64,000 nucleotides of DNA from Vicinamibacteria bacterium (GTDB lineage: Bacteria; Acidobacteriota; Vicinamibacteria; Marinacidobacterales; Marinacidobacteraceae): contig OZ219816.1 in NCBI GenBank assembly GCA_964291235.2, forward strand, positions 800,001 through 864,000. Direction: 5' to 3'. Of this stretch, positions 27,118 to 36,952 are shown piece after piece. A program made the translations under genes and the position numbers. The notes beneath the pieces are model-generated. The model was not told the DNA's origin, searched no databases, and worked only from the letters and a program-made list of their open reading frames with translations. How positions within the stretch are numbered: the first letter of the stretch is position 1; each line of letters starts with the position of its first letter.

Positions 27118-28872
27118 TCAGCCTTTGCGGCCCGGCGGCTCCACGGTGACGGTCACGATGTCGGTGTCGTGATACTGCCGGTGGCGAACCGCCGAAGAGA
27201 GGTGCCTGAGAAGCCTCAACGACACGTCCCGCTCGGCCGAGTCCTCATCGATGCGATCACTCAGCAGGGCCATCCGGTCCTCGACGTTTTCCGAGCCGGC
27301 GGTGGCGACAAACTCCAGAGCAGCTCCGGCGCCCTGGCGGCGCGCCGTTACCCGGAGGCGCCGGCGCGGCCGACGATCGCCGGACTGGTCCGACGCCAGG
27401 AGCGTCAACAGGCTCTCCTCGCCGACCGCCCCGAGGCGGTCGACCATCGGCGCCCCGAACCGGTTTCGTGACGCGAATCCGGCCAGGAAGTCGTGAATGT
27501 CCTGTCCGGCCCGCAGTTCGAGATTCGTTTGCAGCCGGCTCGCCCGGGGCTCGGTGAGCTGGACGAACCCGGTCAGGAGGATGGCCACGATGCCGCCGGC
27601 GGTCATCCCGTTCGTCAGGAGACCGCCGGCGAAGTCCCGCACCAGTTCGGGAAAGATGAGGTCGAATTCGAACCCGAGCCCGGCCCAGAATGCCGCGCCG
27701 ACGATGAGGCTCTTGCGGTGGTCGAACCCGTCGGTCGCGAGCAGCTTGAGTCCGACTCCGAACAGCAGGGCCACCAGTACCGCGATGAAGGCGCCCAGCA
27801 CGGCGCCCGGCACCGACAGGATGACGGCGAGGGCCTTCGGCATGAAGGCGAACGCCGCCAGCACGATCCCCATCGCGATCCCGACGGCCCGCGAGGCCAC
27901 TCCGGTCATCCCGGTGACGGATGCGCTGGTCGCAAGGTTCGACATCGGCATGCCGCCCATCAGGCCCGCCAGCAGGCTGCTGACCCCGCCCGTCGCCACC
28001 GCGTTCTGCACCGCCCGGAAGTCCACGGCCCGGCGGCGCCGCCAGGACACGTTCTGGATCGCCAGCCCCGCGCTGATGGTCTGCATGGTGGCCACCACGG
28101 TCACGAACCAGAACCCCGGCAGCAGCGCCCAGAACGCGGAGCCGAAGGTCAGGTCCAGGCCCGGCCAGCCCGGCTCGGGAATGGCGATCCAGCGTGCGTC
28201 GGCCACCCTCGCCACGTCGTAGAGGCCGAAGGCGCCCCCGACCAGCGACCCGGCGACCACCCCGGCGATCGGCGCCCAGAGCCGCCAGGCGCCGGTGGCC
28301 TTCAACGAGATGGCGCAGATGGTGAGCAGGGTCACGAGCGCCGTCACGGGGGCGGCCCCGGTCGGCGCGCCCTCCCGAACGTCATCCAGCATGCCGTAGA
28401 TCGCCGGCATGACGTTGACGATCATGAGGAGGAGGACCGTCGCCGACACCGTCGGAGTGAGAACCCGGCGCATCCAGGAGAGTCGGAACGAGAACAGGCA
28501 TTGGAGGAGCGCCGCGCTGACGACCAATGTCGCGAGGAGCGCCGGTCCCCCGGTGCGCAGCGCGTCGGTGGCGACCGCGATGCCGGCGGCGGAAACCGAC
28601 GGCGCCAGGACGAACCCGGCGCCGATCCGCCCGAATCGGATTGCCTGAAGAGCCGCGCTCAGACCGCAAACCAGGACGGAGGCGAACACCACCCAGGACA
28701 GGAGGGCATCGTCCGCGCCGGCGGCCCGGAATGCGATGGTGGGAATCAGGATCGCCACGAACAGCGGAGTGACCGCGATCTGCAGGCCGAGCCCCAGCGC
28801 GACGGGAATCGGGGGCCGTTCTGCCGGTTCGTAACGGATGCTCCTATCCTCCGGACCGGCGGCGGCTCCCAT
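27118..28872 (-). CDS. NCS2 (xanthine/uracil permease) family protein with a C-terminal soluble domain
   Basis: YEPAERPP...LGLQ, LQAIRFGRIG, RRVLTPTVSATV, MTGVASR, PGAVLG, then an extra tail of about 140 aa. AGGAGG precedes ATG 28872. Confidence 0.85.
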   Translation of the reverse strand: MGAAAGPEDRSIRYEPAERPPIPVALGLGLQIAVTPLFVAILIPTIAFRAAGADDALLSWVVFASVLVCGLSAALQAIRFGRIGAGFVLAPSVSAAGIAVATDALRTGGPALLATLVVSAALLQCLFSFRLSWMRRVLTPTVSATVLLLMIVNVMPAIYGMLDDVREGAPTGAAPVTALVTLLTICAISLKATGAWRLWAPIAGVVAGSLVGGAFGLYDVARVADARWIAIPEPGWPGLDLTFGSAFWALLPGFWFVTVVATMQTISAGLAIQNVSWRRRRAVDFRAVQNAVATGGVSSLLAGLMGGMPMSNLATSASVTGMTGVASRAVGIAMGIVLAAFAFMPKALAVILSVPGAVLGAFIAVLVALLFGVGLKLLATDGFDHRKSLIVGAAFWAGLGFEFDLIFPELVRDFAGGLLTNGMTAGGIVAILLTGFVQLTEPRASRLQTNLELRAGQDIHDFLAGFASRNRFGAPMVDRLGAVGEESLLTLLASDQSGDRRPRRRLRVTARRQGAGAALEFVATAGSENVEDRMALLSDRIDEDSAERDVSLRLLRHLSSAVRHRQYHDTDIVTVTVEPPGRKG

Positions 28873-29029
28873 GGACGAACCTCCTGCGCTCGCTACGCGT
28901 CTCCGACGCGCCAGCCGTTCCTTCCTGGCGGGACGGTTCGCGTCATTCCTGCCCAAGATAGCCGAACCGACCGGCGTGGGCGGCGGCCCGCCCGGTCGGG
29001 TGCGGCTGCCAGGCGGGTGCGTCTCCCTG

Positions 29030-30244
29030 TCAGAAGCGGAAGCCGTGGGCGATCGTCGTGAGCTGCATGTTTTCCGTGCCCTCGTAGATCGTCCCCGCCT
29101 TGGCGTCCCGCCAGAGCTTCTCCGCGAGGCAATCCGTGGTGTATCCCGTTCCCCCGTGGATCTCGATGGCGAGGGAGGTCACCGACTCGGCCATCCGTTG
29201 GGCGGTCAGCTTGGCCATTGCCGCGGCGTAGCGCGTCTCGTTTCCCTGGTCCGCCAGCCGCGCCGCGTTCCAGGTGGCCAGCCGCGCCGTTTCCACCTGC
29301 GTTGCGGCGTTCGCGAGGGCGAACGCGACCGCCTGGTTCCGGCCGATTTTCCGGCCGAAGGCCTCGCGTTCCCGGGCGTATGACACCGCAAGTTCCAGGG
29401 CGGCCTGTCCGACGCCCACCAATTGGGCGGCGATCCCGATGCGGCCCTCGTTCAGGAGCGACATGGCGAGGCGCTGCCCTCCCCCGACTTCCCCGAGCAC
29501 GTCTTCTTCCGCCACCAAGCAGTCCTTGAAGAAGAGAGGGGTGGTGCTGGATGCCTTGAGGCCGACTTTCGACTCCGGCGGGCCCACGGTGAGGCCGTCG
29601 CTCTCCCGATCCACCAGGAATGCGGTGACTCCCCCTTCTGAACCTGTTCCGTCGCCGGTGGGCACCCGGGCGAAGACCAGGAAGAGTCCGGCTTCCCGGC
29701 CGCCCGACACCCAGGCTTTCGAACCGTTGAGCGAAAAGCCGCCACGGACGCGTTCCGCGGTGGTGCGGAGCGCGAAGGCGTCGCTTCCGGCATGGGCTTC
29801 CGAGAGGGAGAAGGCGCCGATGCGGTCGCCCGCCAGCTTCGGCAGATGCCGGAAACGCTGGCTTCGCTGGCCGAAGCGGTTGATGGCCCCGGCGACCATC
29901 GTGTTGTGAACATCCACCAGCAGGGCCACCGCGGCATCGGCCTGCGCCAGCGCCTCCACGGTAAGCGCCACATCGAAGAGGCCCTGTCCGCTGCCCCCCA
30001 ATTGCTCGGGAATCACTACCCCGAAGAACCCGTACCGGCTCAGCGTCTTCACCAGTTCGGCGGGGATCCGCCCTTCCCTTTCCATCGCTCTGGTGAGCGG
30101 CGCCACCTCCGCCCGGGCAACCTGATGAACGGCCCCGAAATGCAGCCGTTCGCTCTCCGAAAGAACGCTCAGCGGGTTCGTGTCGCTGCTCGCCGGCAGC
30201 GGTTCGGTCTGTGCCGCGGGACTCTGGAAAACCTGGACGGACAC
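29030..30244 (-). CDS. Acyl-CoA dehydrogenase (short/branched-chain type)
   Basis: FSLSEAHAGSDA, LNGSKAWVS, LNEGRIGIAA, REAFG, HGGTGY, IYEGTENMQ. Start moved to GTG 30244. Confidence 0.93.
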   Translation of the reverse strand: MSVQVFQSPAAQTEPLPASSDTNPLSVLSESERLHFGAVHQVARAEVAPLTRAMEREGRIPAELVKTLSRYGFFGVVIPEQLGGSGQGLFDVALTVEALAQADAAVALLVDVHNTMVAGAINRFGQRSQRFRHLPKLAGDRIGAFSLSEAHAGSDAFALRTTAERVRGGFSLNGSKAWVSGGREAGLFLVFARVPTGDGTGSEGGVTAFLVDRESDGLTVGPPESKVGLKASSTTPLFFKDCLVAEEDVLGEVGGGQRLAMSLLNEGRIGIAAQLVGVGQAALELAVSYAREREAFGRKIGRNQAVAFALANAATQVETARLATWNAARLADQGNETRYAAAMAKLTAQRMAESVTSLAIEIHGGTGYTTDCLAEKLWRDAKAGTIYEGTENMQLTTIAHGFRF

Positions 30245-30307
30245 GCTACCGGCAGCGTAGCAGCCCGTGGGGAAAGCGCCCCGCACGAGCCCGGGGTCGA
30301 TGCCGCG

Positions 30308-30601
30308 ACCCCCACCGCGAGAATTGGAGCGCCGGCCTCCGGCCGGCATCGCGGCCGCAGGCCGCGAAACTCCCAGGGTTGATCGTCCCCAATGGCTGCA
30401 ACCCAAACGGGGACGGCGCATCGCTCTACCGCCGCACCAGCGGCGCTGCGCCATGCGGCGGGGCGGCGGCGCCATCCTGGCGCTCCTATGCGGAGGTGTG
30501 ACGATGCGCCGTCCTCGTATAGGTCGGCGCCATCAAGAACGAACAGGTTTGGGAGTTTCGCCTCGCTTTACTCGGCGATGCCGGCCGGAGGCCGGCGCTC
30601 C
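30308..30601. repeat. Composite palindromic repeat cluster, copy 2
   Basis: Shares GCCGGCCTCCGGCCGGCATCGCGGCCGCAGGCCGCGAAACTCCCAG and GCAACCCAAACGGGGACGGCGCATCGCTCTACCGCCGC with copy 1. Outer inverted pair GGAGCGCCGGCCTCCGGCCGGCATCGC (30326) and its complement ending at 30601. Inner inverted pair GGACGGCGCATCG / CGATGCGCCGTCC. Confidence 0.88.
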
Positions 30602-30614
30602 TTGCGCTCCTGGA

Positions 30615-32858
30615 TCAGTAGTCGGCGAGGTCGCGGATGGCGCTCAGCAGATCCTCGGCCTGCGGCAGCGTCTCCGCTTCCACGTCCGGGTTGTAGGCGA
30701 CCCAGGTGTCCTGGGCCGCGACCCGGCGGACGGGGGCGTCGAGATCCTCGAACAACTCGTCCGCGATGCGGGCGGCTATTTCCGCGCCGTACCCGAAGCT
30801 CCTGGTGTCTTCATAGGCCACCAGCACCCGGTTCGTGCGCCCGATGCTCTCGCGGATCGCAGCCCAGTCGTAGGGCGCGAGAGTGCGGAGGTCCAGGATC
30901 TCCACTGAGATCCCGTCGGCAGCCGCCTTCCTGGCGGCCAGTTCGGCCCGGTGAACGAGCGCCCCGAAGGTCACGAGCGTCAGGTCTTCCCCCGGCCGCA
31001 CGGTGCGCGCTTTCCCGAAGGGGATCATGAAATCCGGTCCCGGGTCGGGACTCTTGTTGTAGGTCTGCCGATAGAGGTGCTTGTGTTCCAGGAAGATGAC
31101 CGGGTCTTCACAGCGGATGGCGGTGCGCAGGAGGCCGGCGGCGTCGAGTGCGGTTGAGGGCTGCACCACCCGCAACCCCGGGAGATGGGTGAAGAGGACC
31201 TCGGCGGACTGGCTGTGGTAAACGGCGCCTCCGGTCAGGTAGCCGCCGGTGGGAACCCGAAGCACGAGCGGGGCGCTGTAGTTGCTGTTCGCGCGCCAGC
31301 GGAGACTGGCGAGTTCGTTCCGGATCTGCATGTAGGCGGGCCAGATGTAGTCGAGGAACTGGATCTCCGCGACCGGGCGCAGCCCGCGCAGCGCCATGCC
31401 GACTCCCATCCCGACGATCGTGGCCTCGGCCAGGGGGGTGTTGAACACCCGTTCCGATCCGAATTCGCGCTGGAGGCCGTAACTGACCTTGAAGACGCCG
31501 CCCTTGCCCTTGACCTCCCGGAGCACCTGCTCGCGGCTCGCGTCCGCCACGTCCTGTCCGAACACCACGATCCGTGGGTCGCGAGCCATTTCGGAGCGGA
31601 TCGTCGCGTTGATCAGGTCCACCATCGTTCCGGGCTTCGCGTCCGGCTCATAGCGCGGTTCGGTGTCGAACTCCTCGGAGCACGGATCGACTTCGGGGCT
31701 GTAGAGGTGGTCGCAGGCGCTGTCCGGAGGGGCCCAGGGGAGGGCGAGGGCATCGGTGGCGGCCGCGGCGACTTCCGCCTGGGTCCGCTTCTGAAGAGCG
31801 TCGAGTTCCTCCCGGGTGGCGCCGCCCGAGGCGGTGAGCCGGTCTCTCAGCCGCGCCAGCGGATCGCGCCGCTGGTCCGTTTCCATTTCGGTTGCCGTCC
31901 GGTAATCGCGATCCTCATCGGAGAGCGAGTGGGGCATCAGGCGGATCACCCGAGCATGCACGAGCGCCGGTCCCTCGCCGGCCCGCACGTAGTCGAAGGC
32001 CTCTTGCAGGGCTCGGAAGGACTCCTCGTAGTCGCAGCCGTCGCATCCCACCACCTTGAGGTCGGGGAAGCTGGCGGCGAGGGGTGCGATGTTCCCGCCG
32101 GCTGTCTGGTGTTCCACGGGGACCGAGATGGCGTACCCGTTGTCCTGGATCAGGAACACGACGGGCAATCGCCGCAGCGAGGCACTGTTGAGCGCCTCCC
32201 AGAACTCACCTTCGCTGGTGGCGCCGTCGCCACCGCTGACGAGCACCAGGCCGTCCCCGTTGGGGGCCGCCGGGAGTCCCGGGAGGCGGTGGCGGCTCAG
32301 GTAGCGCTCGGCGTACGCCAAACCGACAGCGTGCAGGAACTGCGTCCCCACGCAACTCGAGTGCACGGTGAGGCCAAGCGACGGCTTCGAAAAATGCGAC
32401 GGCATCTGGCGCCCACCCGAAGAGGGATCCGCAGCGGCGCCCCAGGAAGCCGCCAGTTGCTCGAGGGGGGTAAGTCCGAGGCCGGTGGCGAGGGCGCGGT
32501 CCCGGTAGTAGGCGAACACCCAGTCGGTCTTCGGCCGCAGCAGAGTTGCGGCGGCGGCGGTGATCGCCTCGTGGCCGGCGGAACTGACCTGGAAGAAGGC
32601 CTTGTTCTGCCGCTTCATGGCGATCTCCCGAAGATCCACCTCCCGCGAGGTGAGCATCACCCGGTAGGCGGCCCGCAGTTCCTCGGGGCTAAGCGCAGGA
32701 GTGTCTTCGGGTTCGCTCTCCGCCACGCGATCGTGACCGTTTCCGGCCTCGCCGATGTGCGTGCGGCGCCGCTCGCCGGACTCCGCAGCGGACCCGGAAG
32801 CCTCGCGCTCCGCGCCAGCGTCCCTTCCGTTCGAGCGCGGGAGATCGGCGTCCGACAT
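30615..32858 (-). CDS. 2-oxoacid (branched-chain/pyruvate) dehydrogenase E1, fused alpha and beta subunits
   Basis: [17 protein letters not shown]...QDN (TPP motif), [28 protein letters not shown]. Start uncertain (32858 or 32918). Confidence 0.93.
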   Translation of the reverse strand: MSDADLPRSNGRDAGAEREASGSAAESGERRRTHIGEAGNGHDRVAESEPEDTPALSPEELRAAYRVMLTSREVDLREIAMKRQNKAFFQVSSAGHEAITAAAATLLRPKTDWVFAYYRDRALATGLGLTPLEQLAASWGAAADPSSGGRQMPSHFSKPSLGLTVHSSCVGTQFLHAVGLAYAERYLSRHRLPGLPAAPNGDGLVLVSGGDGATSEGEFWEALNSASLRRLPVVFLIQDNGYAISVPVEHQTAGGNIAPLAASFPDLKVVGCDGCDYEESFRALQEAFDYVRAGEGPALVHARVIRLMPHSLSDEDRDYRTATEMETDQRRDPLARLRDRLTASGGATREELDALQKRTQAEVAAAATDALALPWAPPDSACDHLYSPEVDPCSEEFDTEPRYEPDAKPGTMVDLINATIRSEMARDPRIVVFGQDVADASREQVLREVKGKGGVFKVSYGLQREFGSERVFNTPLAEATIVGMGVGMALRGLRPVAEIQFLDYIWPAYMQIRNELASLRWRANSNYSAPLVLRVPTGGYLTGGAVYHSQSAEVLFTHLPGLRVVQPSTALDAAGLLRTAIRCEDPVIFLEHKHLYRQTYNKSPDPGPDFMIPFGKARTVRPGEDLTLVTFGALVHRAELAARKAAADGISVEILDLRTLAPYDWAAIRESIGRTNRVLVAYEDTRSFGYGAEIAARIADELFEDLDAPVRRVAAQDTWVAYNPDVEAETLPQAEDLLSAIRDLADY

Positions 32859-33035
32859 GTCAGAACCTGGCCCCCCCGGCGGATCGCAACTCACACGAGG
32901 CCCTACGTTGGAGGCCAAGCAACGCGATCCGAGCCATCAGGGAGGGCTAAAAATCTTAGCAGAGCGCCGGTGTCCGCAGCGCCGCCGCGTACCCCGAGGT
33001 GGCCGGGGGAGTCGGATCCCCCCGAAAGGGACGAC

Positions 33036-33058
33036 GCCGGCCGGAAGGCCGGTGCTCC
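33036..33058 (-). repeat. Solitary REP-like palindrome
   Basis: GGAGCACCGGCCTTCCGGCCGGC, a variant of the palindrome at 30326 and 30580-30601, directly at the ferredoxin stop codon. Confidence 0.6.
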
Positions 33059-33408
33059 TACCGCGCGAGGGCCTCGCCCGGCTTCTTCTTGTACTGGCGG
33101 TACTCGTAGGTCCGGTCGCGCTCTTCAGTCAGCCGGATCCCTTCGTCGTGGGGGAACATGTGGATGGCGTCGTAGTCGGGCGGGCAGAATTTCGCGCAGA
33201 GCTGGCAGCCGATGCAGGTCTCGACGTTCACTTCGCAGACCTGCCCCACCGAGCGGGGCTCGGGATCGGGCACCAGGATGATGCAGTCCTTGACCGGACA
33301 GACGGCGATGCACATTTCGCAGCCGCGACCAAAACACTTACCGGCATCCACGTAGGCGAGGATCTTCGGCTGGCGCTTTCGGGGCCCGGTGATCAGCACG
33401 TCCTGCAT
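33058..33408 (-). CDS. 2[4Fe-4S] ferredoxin-like protein
   Basis: CFGRGCEMCIAVCP and CIGCQLCAKFCP. Start moved to ATG 33408. Confidence 0.88.
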   Translation of the reverse strand: MQDVLITGPRKRQPKILAYVDAGKCFGRGCEMCIAVCPVKDCIILVPDPEPRSVGQVCEVNVETCIGCQLCAKFCPPDYDAIHMFPHDEGIRLTEERDRTYEYRQYKKKPGEALAR

Positions 33409-33433
33409 GTCCCGAAAGCGTATCATTCCGAAC
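33409..33433. promoter_or_regulatory. Putative bidirectional promoter with overlapping -10 hexamers
   Basis: AGCGTATCAT gives TATCAT (+, 33421-33426) 7 nt before GTG 33434 and TACGCT (-, 33422-33417) 8 nt before ATG 33408. No SD on either side. Confidence 0.5.
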
Positions 33434-34765
33434 GTGCCGATCGCCGAAGACTCCGTCCAACCGGCGGAACCCGGGGAACTCACGCCTTCGAGCGCCAAGC
33501 TGCCACCCCCCGGTATCCACTACCGCCGCGGCCTGGGACTCCGAAAGGAGATCATCGAGCCCGTTACCGAGGACTACCGCGGCCATCTGGTCCGGTTTGC
33601 CCGAGATCACGACTATCGGATTCGGGCCGGCGACCTCGTCTTCCAGATCGCCCACGAGTTCGGGTTCTGCTACGGGGTGGACCGGGCGATCGAGTACGCC
33701 TACGAAGCCCGCCTCCGCTTCCCCGACCACCGGATCTACCTGACCGGAGAGATCATCCACAACCAGTACGTGAACCGGCGGTTGTCCGAGTTCGGGATCC
33801 GGTTGATCGAAGACGATGTGTCGCCCGAAGCGAAGTTCGCCGCCGTCGGTCCCCAGGACGTGGTGCTGCTCCCGGCCTTCGGGGTGCCGACACCGGAGCT
33901 CGACGTGTTGCGCCGGAAGGGCTGCATCCTGGTGGACACCACCTGCGGTTCGGTGATGAACGTGTGGAAGAACGTGGACCGGTACAAGCGTGACGGTTTT
34001 ACGTCCGTCGTCCACGGCAAATCCGCCCACGAGGAGACCAAGGCCACGACCTCCCGGGCGGGCGCCTACCTGGTCGTCCGCGACATGGCCGAGGCCCGGG
34101 AGGTCTGCCGCTACATCGAAGCCGGTGGCGCGCCGGGCAGTCCGGGCGAGGACGCGGGCGGAGGCCCCGCGCCGCTCGGCCGGCAGGGGTTTCTCGAACA
34201 TTTCGCCCCGTCCGTGTCTCCCGGTTTCGATCCGGATCGCGACCTGGGCAGAATCGGTCTCGCGAACCAGACCACCATGCTCGCCAGCGAATCTCTCGAG
34301 ATCGCGGCGGTCCTGCGCGATTCGATGGCGCGCCGCTATGGGGAAGATGAGGTGGCCGCCAGGTTCCGCTCGTTCGACACGATCTGCAGCGCCACTCAGG
34401 AACGCCAGGACGCGGTTCTCGAACTCCTCCAGGAGAATCTCGATCTCGTGCTGGTGGTCGGCGGCTTCAATTCCTCGAACACCGCGAACCTGGCCGCGAT
34501 CTGCGACCGGAAGTTTCCGAGCTACCACATCTCCGGCCCCGAGTGCCTGCTGTCCGCCGACGAAATCCGTTGCCGGCCCGCCCCCGGGACGGGCCAGGGA
34601 ACGGAGCCGGTGGTGCGGCGGGGCTGGTTGCCCGCGGGGCCGCTGCGCGTCGGGTTGACCTCCGGAGCCTCGACCCCGGACGTGATGGTCCACCGCACCA
34701 TCCTCCGGGTCCTGGAATTCCGGGGAATGACCGAGGACGACTGCCGCGCCGACGAATCGTTCTGA
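33434..34765 (+). CDS. ispH: 4-hydroxy-3-methylbut-2-enyl diphosphate reductase
   Basis: FGFCYGVDRA, EIIHN, DTTC, NQTT, DTICSATQERQ, GGFNSSNT, SGASTP. Confidence 0.95.
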   Translation: MPIAEDSVQPAEPGELTPSSAKLPPPGIHYRRGLGLRKEIIEPVTEDYRGHLVRFARDHDYRIRAGDLVFQIAHEFGFCYGVDRAIEYAYEARLRFPDHRIYLTGEIIHNQYVNRRLSEFGIRLIEDDVSPEAKFAAVGPQDVVLLPAFGVPTPELDVLRRKGCILVDTTCGSVMNVWKNVDRYKRDGFTSVVHGKSAHEETKATTSRAGAYLVVRDMAEAREVCRYIEAGGAPGSPGEDAGGGPAPLGRQGFLEHFAPSVSPGFDPDRDLGRIGLANQTTMLASESLEIAAVLRDSMARRYGEDEVAARFRSFDTICSATQERQDAVLELLQENLDLVLVVGGFNSSNTANLAAICDRKFPSYHISGPECLLSADEIRCRPAPGTGQGTEPVVRRGWLPAGPLRVGLTSGASTPDVMVHRTILRVLEFRGMTEDDCRADESF

Positions 34766-34820
34766 CCGGGATTCGCCGGCGGGACGCCGGGCAGACACGC
34801 GCGGGAAGTAGCTGACGCGG

Positions 34821-36911
34821 ATGCCATCCGGTCCCTCCCGCTACGCCGGACCCGCCGAGCGGGCCGCCCCCTACGCCCGTCCCGGCCTCCCTCCGCCGCA
34901 GTCCGCGCGTCCCTTCCGGGTGGTGAGTCCGTTCGAGCCCCGGGGCGACCAGCAGCAGGCGATCCACCAGCTCGTCGAGGGGCTCGAGCGTGGCGACCCC
35001 AACCAGGTACTGCTCGGCGTCACCGGTTCCGGCAAGACGTTCTCCGTGGCCCGCGTGATCGAGGCGGTCAACCGCCCCGCACTCGTCATCGCGCACAACA
35101 AGACGCTGGCGGCCCAGCTCTACCAGGAGTTCCGGAGCTTTTTCCCGGACAACGCCGTCGAGTATTTCGTCAGCTACTACGACTACTACCAGCCCGAGGC
35201 CTACGTGCCGGCGAGCGACACCTATATCGAGAAGGAGGCGACCATCAACGACGAAATCGATCGCCTTCGGCTGTCGGCCACCCGGTCGCTGTTCGAGCGC
35301 CGGGACGTGCTGATCGTCGCCAGTGTTTCGTGCATCTACGGCCTCGGATCACCGGAGGCGTACTACGGGATGCTCCTGGTGTTCGAGGAAGGGGCCGAGT
35401 TCCCGTCCCGGCAGGCTCTCCTCCGCAAACTGGTTGAAATGCAGTACGAGCGCAACGACGCCTCGCTCGAACGAGGACGGTTCCGGGTGCGGGGAGACAC
35501 CGTGGAGATCGTGCCCGGGTACGAGGATCTCGGCCTGCGGGTGCGCCTCTTCGGCGACGAGGTGGAGCGGGTGGCTCGTTTCGACCCCCTCACCGGGCGT
35601 GAGCTGGGGCGAGAGAGCCGGGCGACGCTCTTCCCGCGCACCCACTACGTGGCCCGGGAAGAAGACCTGGCCCGGGCGCTCGTCACCATTCGGGAGGAAC
35701 TCGACGAGCACCATCCCAAGCTTGTCCAGGAAGGAAAGCTGCTCGAGGCGCAGCGACTGATGCAGCGGACCCTTTTCGACCTGGACATGCTCGCCGAAGC
35801 CGGCCACTGTCACGGCATCGAGAACTACTCGCGCCACTTCACCGGGCGCGCGCCCGGAGAGCCGCCTCCGACCCTGATGGACTACCTGCCGGGGGATGCG
35901 TTGATCGTGGTGGACGAGAGCCACCAGACCTATCCGCAGGTCCGCGGCATGTTCGCGGGAGACCAGGCGCGGAAGCGGACCCTGGTCGAGCACGGTTTCC
36001 GGCTCCCCTCGGCGCTCGACAACCGTCCGCTCTCCTTCGAGGAATGGGAGGAGCGGGTAGGGCAGGCAATCTCGGTCTCGGCAACCCCGGGGCCCTATGA
36101 GCTCGACGCCACTGACGGCGTCGTGGTGGAGCAGATCATCCGTCCCACGGGATTGCTCGATCCCGAGGTCGAGGTGCGGCCCGCGGGGGACCAGGTGGAC
36201 GATCTGCTGGGAGAGATCCGCGAGACCGTGGCCCGGGGGGAACGGGTGCTCGTCACCACCCTGACCAAGCGGATGGCCGAGGACCTTTCCGAGTATTACC
36301 ACGAGCTCGGGGTCCGCTGCCGCTACCTGCACTCGGACATCGACACCCTCGAAAGGGTGCAGCTCCTGCGCTCGCTCCGGCTGGGCGAGTTCGACGTGCT
36401 GATCGGGATCAACCTGTTGCGCGAGGGGCTCGATCTGCCGGAGGTATCCCTGGTGGCCATCCTGGATGCGGACCGCGAGGGATACCTCCGCTCCGAGGGA
36501 GCGTTGATCCAGACCATGGGCCGGGCTGCGCGACACGCCAGCGGCCGGTCCATCCTCTACGCCGACCACGAAACCGGCTCCATGAAGCGGGCGCTCGGCG
36601 AAACCCGCCGCCGGCGGGCGCTCCAGCAGGCGTTCAACGAGGAGCACGGCATCGTGCCGCAGACGGTCGTCAAGGACGTGGCCGAGGCGTTCGCTCCCGC
36701 ATCGGCCGGAACGGCGGCGGCCGAGGAGGACGACTGGGATCGGGCCATGGGTCTCTTGGAGCCGCCGCCGGAGGGTTCCGAGGCGCTCGAACGGGAAATC
36801 GCGCGGCTCCGCAAGGAAATGAAGAAGGCGGCGCGCGATCTGGAGTTCGAACGCGCGGCGCGGCTGCGCGACCATTTGCGCGAGTTGCAGCACGGAGCGT
36901 TACTCCGGTAG
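34821..36911 (+). CDS. uvrB: Excinuclease ABC subunit B
   Basis: [45 protein letters not shown]-terminal UVR domain. Confidence 0.98.
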   Translation: MPSGPSRYAGPAERAAPYARPGLPPPQSARPFRVVSPFEPRGDQQQAIHQLVEGLERGDPNQVLLGVTGSGKTFSVARVIEAVNRPALVIAHNKTLAAQLYQEFRSFFPDNAVEYFVSYYDYYQPEAYVPASDTYIEKEATINDEIDRLRLSATRSLFERRDVLIVASVSCIYGLGSPEAYYGMLLVFEEGAEFPSRQALLRKLVEMQYERNDASLERGRFRVRGDTVEIVPGYEDLGLRVRLFGDEVERVARFDPLTGRELGRESRATLFPRTHYVAREEDLARALVTIREELDEHHPKLVQEGKLLEAQRLMQRTLFDLDMLAEAGHCHGIENYSRHFTGRAPGEPPPTLMDYLPGDALIVVDESHQTYPQVRGMFAGDQARKRTLVEHGFRLPSALDNRPLSFEEWEERVGQAISVSATPGPYELDATDGVVVEQIIRPTGLLDPEVEVRPAGDQVDDLLGEIRETVARGERVLVTTLTKRMAEDLSEYYHELGVRCRYLHSDIDTLERVQLLRSLRLGEFDVLIGINLLREGLDLPEVSLVAILDADREGYLRSEGALIQTMGRAARHASGRSILYADHETGSMKRALGETRRRRALQQAFNEEHGIVPQTVVKDVAEAFAPASAGTAAAEEDDWDRAMGLLEPPPEGSEALEREIARLRKEMKKAARDLEFERAARLRDHLRELQHGALLR

Positions 36912-36952
36912 GGAGCGGTGCGGCGCGGCGCCTGCCGTGGGAGAATGACCGG

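Noticed and set aside
30615-32858. E1 alpha-beta fusion as a novelty
   Set aside because: Fused E1 subunits are well known in many bacteria.
32997-33030. tRNA/tmRNA-like 3' fragment GGGGGATCCGACTCCCCCGGCCACC on the minus strand
   Set aside because: The loop does not fit TTCRANY, and there is no cloverleaf or integrase nearby; probably just a GC hairpin.
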